A stretch of 32,000 bases of DNA, taken from NCBI RefSeq assembly GCF_018398935.1, contig NZ_CP074694.1, positions 4,260,001 through 4,292,000 of the forward strand, in the 5' to 3' direction. Positions 27,322-32,000 of this stretch are shown piece by piece (within the stretch, counting starts at the first letter, position 1; every line of letters starts with the position of its first letter). The notes below the pieces were generated by a model, which was given only the letters and a program-made list of their open reading frames with translations, ran no database searches and was not told where the DNA came from. Source of the stretch: Telmatocola sphagniphila (lineage in GTDB: Bacteria; Planctomycetota; Planctomycetia; Gemmatales; Gemmataceae). The position numbers were made by a program, and so were the translations under genes.

Positions 27322-28242
27322 ATGTTCAACATTGGTTACTTTAAAGGGCAGGCGACCGATTACATTTTCCGATACAAGGCAGGTCGGGTCGTAGGCGAAG
27401 GAAATGGTCTCTCCTTCTTCTACCTGCGGTATGACACGCAGATCGTCGCGGTTCCAACGAATAGCCAAGATTCCAATTTCGTGTTTAATGAAGTCACCAA
27501 TAACTTCCAGGAAGTGATGATTCAGGGGCAATTGACTTATCGCATCGTCAATCCGAAGCAGGCCGCAACACTTTTGAATTTTGCCATTCACCCCGAGAAG
27601 AAGAACTACCTCACGAACGATCCGGAGAAACTGGCCGGCCGTGTCAGTAACGTGGTTCAGATAGAAACCCGCAAAGAGATCCAGAAACGAACTTTGGAAG
27701 AAACTCTGCGGGACTCGCAAACCATCGCCGCCGAGGTGCTGCAAAGACTACGCAATTCCAAGGAACTCGAACCGCTCGGCCTCGAATTGCAAAGCGTCTA
27801 TTTCTTATCCGCCCGGCCCAGCCCGGAAGTGGCAAAAGCTCTAGAAGCGGACTATCGGGAGACCCTGCTTCGCAAAGCCGACGAGGCAACTTACGCCCGC
27901 CGGGCGGCCGCGGTCGATGAAGAACGAAAGATCAAGGAGAAGGAACTAGCTTCCGACCGCACCATCGAAGAGCAGCGGAAGGATTTGATTTTGCTGCAAG
28001 GGGCAAACGCCAAGCAGGAGGCGGAGAACCGCGGCCAGGCGCTGCTGCAGGAAGCGCAATATCAAGCGAAGGCAGCCGAGATGCAACTGGCCATTTTCCG
28101 GGAACTCGACGCCAAGAAAGTCCTGGCCTACGCTCTCAAAGAACTCGGCAGTAACGCTGGAAAAGTCGGAAATCTGACGATCACCTCGGAAATGTTGGCG
28201 AGTCTTTTGAACGATAAAGCGGACTCTGCTCATAACGGCTAA
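27322..28242 (+). CDS. SPFH/band-7 (stomatin-prohibitin-flotillin-HflK/C) domain protein without N-terminal membrane anchor, with a C-terminal coiled-coil region
   Basis: FNIGYFKGQATDYIF...GLSFFYLRYDTQIVAVPTNSQDSNFVFNEVTNNFQEVMIQGQLTYRIVNP...VSNVVQIETRKEIQKRTLEE...LGLELQSVYFLSARPSPEVAKALEA fits the SPFH core. It is followed by an E/A/K/Q-rich helical segment. No hydrophobic N-terminal segment is present. Confidence 0.8.
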   Translation: MFNIGYFKGQATDYIFRYKAGRVVGEGNGLSFFYLRYDTQIVAVPTNSQDSNFVFNEVTNNFQEVMIQGQLTYRIVNPKQAATLLNFAIHPEKKNYLTNDPEKLAGRVSNVVQIETRKEIQKRTLEETLRDSQTIAAEVLQRLRNSKELEPLGLELQSVYFLSARPSPEVAKALEADYRETLLRKADEATYARRAAAVDEERKIKEKELASDRTIEEQRKDLILLQGANAKQEAENRGQALLQEAQYQAKAAEMQLAIFRELDAKKVLAYALKELGSNAGKVGNLTITSEMLASLLNDKADSAHNG

Positions 28243-28253
28243 GGGGATAAGGC

Positions 28254-29222
28254 ATGGGGGCCGGACCTCGCTTCGAAAAGATAGTGGTGGTCACGCAAAA
28301 GACCGCTCTCGAAGAACTTATCGAACGCTACAACACCGAGAGACAGGCTCGGTTTTACATCGAGCATATGGGCGGCTCCTTCGACGAATATCGTTTCGCG
28401 CATGATATCTACCACAATTCTTTGCTCCAGCTCAAACAGTATCTTCCCCAAGGAGTGCGACATCAGATAATTGACCGCTCGTTTCTTCCCCAGTTTCTGT
28501 TTAGCGAACGGGATATGGTGGCAGTGCTCGGGCGCGATGGTCTGGTCGTCAACACCGCCAAGTATCTCCAGAGCCAGCCCGTACTCGGTTTTAATCCCGA
28601 TCCCAGCAGAATCGATGGAGTACTCTTGCCGTTTCGAGTGGAGGCGGCTGCGCATATTTTCCCCCGAGCCATCTATGGGATCTTCAAATCGAAACGGATT
28701 AGTATGGCGCAAGCCACCTTGAACAACGGCCAGACGCTTCTTGGTGTCAACGACATTTTCATCGGACCCAAGTCTCACACATCGGCCCGCTATCGCATTC
28801 AATTAGCGGACAAGTTTGAAGATCAATCCTCGAGCGGCCTGATTGTCTCTACCGGGGCCGGTTCCACAGGTTGGTTTCGATCGTTGATCACCGGAGCAGC
28901 CGCTCTGATGTCCGCTCGAGCGCACAATCCCAAAATCCGGGAGCAGCAAAAAAATTATCAATTCCCTGCGGATTCTGACCACCTCGTCTTTTGTGTTCGG
29001 GAACCTTTCATCAGCAACACGTCCCAGGCGGATCTCATTTATGGAATGATCCCGCGCGGGAGCGAATTGATCCTGCAATCGCACATGCCGCAGAACGGGG
29101 TGATCTTCAGCGATGGAATCGAATCCGATTTTCTGGAGTTCAACAGCGGCACAACTGCGCGTATAGGTTTGGCGCCAAATCGTGTGAAATTGGTTGTAGC
29201 AGAGAAACAAAATCCCAGCTGA
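28254..29222 (+). CDS. Divergent NAD-kinase-fold (ATP-NAD kinase / PpnK-like) protein
   Basis: DMVAVLGRDGLVVNTAKYL corresponds to the GGDG(T/N)hL motif, here GRDG. LGVNDIFIG corresponds to the NE/D strand. SSGLIVSTGAGSTGWFRS corresponds to DGhIVSTPTGSTAYshSAGG. The start is 11 nt after the SPFH stop and has an AAGGGGA ribosome-binding site. Confidence 0.75.
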   Translation: MGAGPRFEKIVVVTQKTALEELIERYNTERQARFYIEHMGGSFDEYRFAHDIYHNSLLQLKQYLPQGVRHQIIDRSFLPQFLFSERDMVAVLGRDGLVVNTAKYLQSQPVLGFNPDPSRIDGVLLPFRVEAAAHIFPRAIYGIFKSKRISMAQATLNNGQTLLGVNDIFIGPKSHTSARYRIQLADKFEDQSSSGLIVSTGAGSTGWFRSLITGAAALMSARAHNPKIREQQKNYQFPADSDHLVFCVREPFISNTSQADLIYGMIPRGSELILQSHMPQNGVIFSDGIESDFLEFNSGTTARIGLAPNRVKLVVAEKQNPS

Positions 29223-29278
29223 CTGGCGATCGAAGAGAGCAAATTAGGCGGCTGGAGTGAATAATTAAAATAAATTTC

Positions 29279-29373
29279 ATTTAGAGCCCGGGCCATTATT
29301 TCGGCAGCAATTTTGGCAGCTTTTTCTTTTTTTCCAGACCGTCCCTTTCCGGGCAGGACCGGGCGCTCTAAAT
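29279..29373. repeat. 9-bp perfect inverted repeat pair (ATTTAGAGC / GCTCTAAAT) bracketing a T-rich spacer upstream of rpmG
   Basis: ATTTAGAGC at 29279-29287 and its exact reverse complement at 29365-29373 are 77 nt apart. The spacer contains GGCAGC twice and the run TTTTTCTTTTTTT. Function unknown. Confidence 0.5.
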
Positions 29374-29410
29374 TTAAATGTTCAGCAATTATATGAACCG
29401 GAAGTTCCGG
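29372..29410 (+). promoter_or_regulatory. Cluster of short palindromes in the likely promoter/5' leader of rpmG-rpmE2
   Basis: ATTTAAAT (29372-29379), GTTCA-N9-TGAAC (29380-29398) and CCGGAA-G-TTCCGG (29398-29410) lie directly upstream of GGAGG (29409-29413) and the rpmG ATG at 29422. An operator role is only a hypothesis. Confidence 0.25.
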
Positions 29411-29421
29411 AGGGGGCCCGC

Positions 29422-29589
29422 ATGGCCAAGAAGAGCAAAGACGCACGATCCTATATCAAGCTGGTCAGCAGCGAAAGCGACCATTGCTACTTCGTGCAGA
29501 AGAACCGAAACAACACCAAGGAACGCTTGGAACTGCGGAAATACGATCCCACGATCCGCAAGCACGTAAAATATAAGGAAGGGAAGTAA
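29422..29589 (+). CDS. rpmG: 50S ribosomal protein L33 (Cys-less, zinc-independent C-minus form)
   Basis: Not in the supplied track because it is 55 aa. My translation is [55 protein letters not shown]. This matches the L33 consensus (IKLVSS...[22 protein letters not shown]). GGAGG lies 8 nt upstream. There are no CxxC pairs. Confidence 0.9.
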   Translation: MAKKSKDARSYIKLVSSESDHCYFVQKNRNNTKERLELRKYDPTIRKHVKYKEGK

Positions 29590-29590
29590 C

Positions 29591-29845
29591 ATGAAAAAGG
29601 GCATTCACCCCGAATATCGCGATGTGGTATTTCTCGACCAGGCGGCCGATTTCAAGTTCCTCACCCGATCCTGCGTCAAAACCAACCAGATGATCAAGTG
29701 GGAAGATGGCAAGGAATATCCGCTCGTCCGCGTCGATATTTCCAGCGCCAGCCATCCCTTCTTCACCGGCAAGATGAAACTGCTGGATTCGGCCGGTCAG
29801 ATCGAACGCTTCAAGAAGAAGTTCGGCAACTACAAGAAGAGCTAA
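29591..29845 (+). CDS. rpmE2: 50S ribosomal protein L31, type B (zinc-independent form)
   Basis: [27 protein letters not shown]...[25 protein letters not shown]...[10 protein letters not shown] is the type-B L31 pattern and lacks the CxxC zinc motif of type A. The ATG lies 1 nt after the rpmG stop. Confidence 0.9.
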   Translation: MKKGIHPEYRDVVFLDQAADFKFLTRSCVKTNQMIKWEDGKEYPLVRVDISSASHPFFTGKMKLLDSAGQIERFKKKFGNYKKS

Positions 29846-29878
29846 TCACTGTAAATTGCCCTGCGATTTATAGTCCAG

Positions 29879-29924
29879 CAGAGCCTGGAGAATTCCGAGA
29901 TGATCTCGGATTCTCCAGGCTCTG
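29879..29924. terminator. Long near-perfect hairpin downstream of rpmE2 (candidate terminator/processing site)
   Basis: CAGAGCCTGGAGAATTCCGAGA (29879-29900) pairs with TCTCGGATTCTCCAGGCTCTG (29904-29924). That gives about 20 bp with one bulged T and a 3-5 nt loop, 34 nt after the stop. No U-tract follows. Confidence 0.55.
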
Positions 29925-29961
29925 TCCCATTTCCCATCCGCAATTTGATAAGCTCGAGCCA

Positions 29962-29987
29962 GGTATTTCGCAAAGAAGTGCGATACC
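29962..29987 (-). terminator. Hairpin downstream of the 30004-31041 lipoprotein gene
   Basis: GGTAT(TT)CGCA-AAGAAG-TGCGATACC forms a 9-bp stem with a 2-nt bulge, 17 nt beyond the minus-strand stop at 30004-30006. No U-tract. Confidence 0.3.
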
Positions 29988-30003
29988 AGGCTACTTCCAA
30001 AAA

Positions 30004-31041
30004 TTATCGCTGCAAAGATTCCGGCACCGGGAACAACGGCGTGGGAGGCAATTCCGAGAACTTCGTCGCATTCGAGCCCGAGGGCGTTGACGGCGATGGC
30101 AGTGTCGGTGCGGGAGATGCAGGCGCCGTGGCATTTACAGGCCGAACCAGGACCACGTCCGGCGTGCTGGTGATCGCGGATCCCGTTCGCGGCTGCGTCA
30201 CGGCGGGATCAAGATCGGGCAACGTCGAACTGCTGTTGGACGGCAGCTTCAATTCCGGACCCGACTCCGGCAGCTTTGGCACATTCATCGCGGGAGTTGG
30301 ATTCAAAGCAGGAACGCTCGATCCGCCCCCGTTCAAAATGGGCAGATCAGGTTTAACCGGCAATGCGGGCGCTTGCATGCGCATTCTTTCCAGATTCGCA
30401 TCCGAGTTCGTTAATTGAGGTCCGGAGGTCCCCGCGGTCGCCATGATCGGAGTGGATGAAACAGCCGAGCGATTCGACGGCGAAGGCGGCAAACTCGGCA
30501 CGCCCGTCGGCGGCACATTGGTCGGCTCTAATGGCGTGGCGGGAGGCATCATGGCAATGCCGTTACCGGAACCCGGCAGAGGAGGCTGAGTCACGGGAGT
30601 CTGACGGATGGGGGCCTGCTGAGGATATTGCGCCTGCTGAACCGATTGCTGCGGTACCCCAGCCCCATTCGGCGCGTAAGCGATGGATTGCTGGGGTTGA
30701 TTAGGATTCAGACCGTACGCATTCGGATTGGTCACAGGGCTCGAACTGACCACGGCCGTGTTTGGATTTGGCAGCGATTGCAGTTGAGCTCCGCCCGTGT
30801 AAGGCGAAGAGTTCGCCACCTGCAAGTTTCGATAAGCAGGCGACGAGACGCCGCCGGTCTGCTGCAGGGTCGCACCGCCAGCAGGGGCGTTGGCCGCGGT
30901 CTGCACGGTGCCAGTCGCTGGCTGTTTATTCAGTGTCATAACGGGTGGTGTGGAAGGCTGTTGAGTGGTATGAGCGCAGCCCGTGGCCAGGCCAGTCAGT
31001 CCCAAAGCTACTCCTAGACCCCAAGATTTAACTCTGATCAT
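30004..31041 (-). CDS. Pro/Ser/Thr/Gln-rich low-complexity lipoprotein
   Basis: MIRVKSWGLGVALGLTGLATGCAHTT is a signal peptide with a lipobox (LATG-C). The remaining 320 aa are P/S/T/Q/N/A-rich with no obvious folded domain. I preferred it over the overlapping plus-strand ORFs, which lack any start context or motif. Confidence 0.6.
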   Translation of the reverse strand: MIRVKSWGLGVALGLTGLATGCAHTTQQPSTPPVMTLNKQPATGTVQTAANAPAGGATLQQTGGVSSPAYRNLQVANSSPYTGGAQLQSLPNPNTAVVSSSPVTNPNAYGLNPNQPQQSIAYAPNGAGVPQQSVQQAQYPQQAPIRQTPVTQPPLPGSGNGIAMMPPATPLEPTNVPPTGVPSLPPSPSNRSAVSSTPIMATAGTSGPQLTNSDANLERMRMQAPALPVKPDLPILNGGGSSVPALNPTPAMNVPKLPESGPELKLPSNSSSTLPDLDPAVTQPRTGSAITSTPDVVLVRPVNATAPASPAPTLPSPSTPSGSNATKFSELPPTPLFPVPESLQR

Positions 31042-31167
31042 GTGATTCCCCCGTCGTGTGGCCGCGCGCGATTAGCCCCCACCAGGCGCGTAGCACTGAA
31101 CGCGAGGAGATAATCGCTGTCGGGAGGTTGTGTCAATTGCAATTTGAAACTGGGCGAAGTTCGCGAG

Positions 31168-31947
31168 CTAAAGTACGAATTTACGCAGAAAGCTGACGGA
31201 ATTTTGCATTTCGGCTAAAGAAGCGCGGCCCGGCTGCCGTTTGATCGTCAAAAATCCCTTGTACTCGATGGCACTCAGAGCGCCGATAATTCCCATCCAT
31301 TCCACATTGCCATGTCCCAAGGGCACTTCGTCGGCCGCCTGGCTCACCGTGTGGATCTGCACGTCGCGAGCCTGGAAATGGACGAGCCGGTGTTGCAGCG
31401 GAAGAATGCTTTGAGCCGGATTGTGGCCATGCAGTAGGAAGTTTCCCGGATCGAAATTAATTCCCAGACTGCCGTAGTCGAACCGGTTCAAAAATTCGAC
31501 GACCTTATCTGCTGGGTCGAAGCCAGCTTCCAAAGCCACTCGAACGCCCGTTTTGTCTCCATAAGCCGCCAGATCCCGAAGCGCTTCATTAAGCAACGGA
31601 TTTTGCGGCGAATCCGGTCCACTGGGAAGCCGAGGGCATTGCACGAGAACGATTCGCGGTCCCAGTTCGAACGACAGATCCATCACCTGGCGGATATATT
31701 CCAGGCGGGGTTGTTGATCAGCCGCGACGTCGATGCCTCGACGCAAAGGGCAGTTCAGTGCCGTGAGCTGGAGGTTATTCGAACGGAGCAGATTGCCGAT
31801 TTCCCGCTTGGCTGTGGACGTGAGTTTGGCGGGAGCCAGTTCTCCATAAGCATCGACCTGTACCCCGGCGACTCCCAATCGGGAAATTTGGGGAAGTCCC
31901 TGGCGCAGGGAAAAATTCAGTGATTCCAAACAGATTCCAAGCTTCAT
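31168..31947 (-). CDS. Sugar phosphate isomerase/epimerase (xylose isomerase-like TIM barrel) family protein
   Basis: MKLGICLESL..., VALEAGFDP and LGINFDPGNFLLHGHNP...LVHFQARD are typical of the AP-endonuclease-2/xylose-isomerase-like TIM-barrel family. I chose the ATG at 31947; the track start at 31977 adds 10 aa. Confidence 0.8.
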   Translation of the reverse strand: MKLGICLESLNFSLRQGLPQISRLGVAGVQVDAYGELAPAKLTSTAKREIGNLLRSNNLQLTALNCPLRRGIDVAADQQPRLEYIRQVMDLSFELGPRIVLVQCPRLPSGPDSPQNPLLNEALRDLAAYGDKTGVRVALEAGFDPADKVVEFLNRFDYGSLGINFDPGNFLLHGHNPAQSILPLQHRLVHFQARDVQIHTVSQAADEVPLGHGNVEWMGIIGALSAIEYKGFLTIKRQPGRASLAEMQNSVSFLRKFVL

Positions 31948-32000
31948 AGCATCCTGTTCGCAGTGATGCGATTTCAATCGAGAAAATCGCTGAAGGGTTT

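Noticed and set aside
27196-28802. Minus-strand ORFs of 182 aa (27196-27744) and 187 aa (28239-28802) spanning the junctions of the candidate cluster
   Set aside because: The plus-strand frames carry SPFH and NAD-kinase-fold signatures. The antisense translations are featureless, so I treated them as shadow ORFs.
29378-29569. 63-aa track ORF in the rpmG region
   Set aside because: It is out of frame with, and almost fully overlapped by, the 55-aa L33 reading frame. The L33 frame has an unmistakable ribosomal protein signature and a GGAGG ribosome-binding site.
29900-30418. 172-aa plus-strand ORF, and other plus-strand ORFs at 30456-31017, opposite the lipoprotein gene
   Set aside because: They have no signal peptide, motif or ribosome-binding site. 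The minus frame offers a canonical lipoprotein signal peptide. The call remains only moderately confident.
1-32000. Search by eye for CRISPR arrays, tandem repeats, rRNA/tRNA genes, and integrase, transposase or phage genes
   Set aside because: I found no regularly spaced direct repeats, no structured-RNA gene signatures and no mobile-element enzymes. The window appears to be ordinary chromosome apart from the points listed above.

Overview
Gene-dense chromosomal segment, by hand-count roughly 50-55% GC, that looks like Planctomycetota. The reasons are two DUF1559/H-X9-DG proteins with type IV pilin-like N-termini, several Ser/Thr kinases, and secreted proteins carrying an N-terminal L-x-L-E-x-[LF]-E-x-R motif. 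I could support about 24 CDSs. Housekeeping genes: ftsY (3' fragment), leuS, and rpmG plus a type-B L31 gene. rpmG is 55 aa and is absent from the supplied ORF track. Recognisable accessory genes: TspO, an ABM-like protein, an FG-GAP propeller, a YncE-like propeller, a same-strand kinase / secreted metzincin / kinase trio, a signal-peptide amidohydrolase fused to a CBM9-like domain, a REC-HD-GYP response regulator, a Pro/Ser/Thr-rich lipoprotein, and a xylose-isomerase-like TIM-barrel protein. I saw no rRNA, tRNA, CRISPR array, transposase or integrase. The best candidate for an undescribed system is the same-strand cluster at 20493-29222. It holds two very large, signal-peptide-bearing, membrane-anchored paralogous proteins that I cannot assign to any family; their stop and start overlap as ATGA. 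They are followed by an SPFH/band-7 protein with no membrane anchor of its own and by a divergent NAD-kinase-fold protein. All functional statements rest on motif recognition by eye. No database search was run, and the decisive searches are named under each finding.
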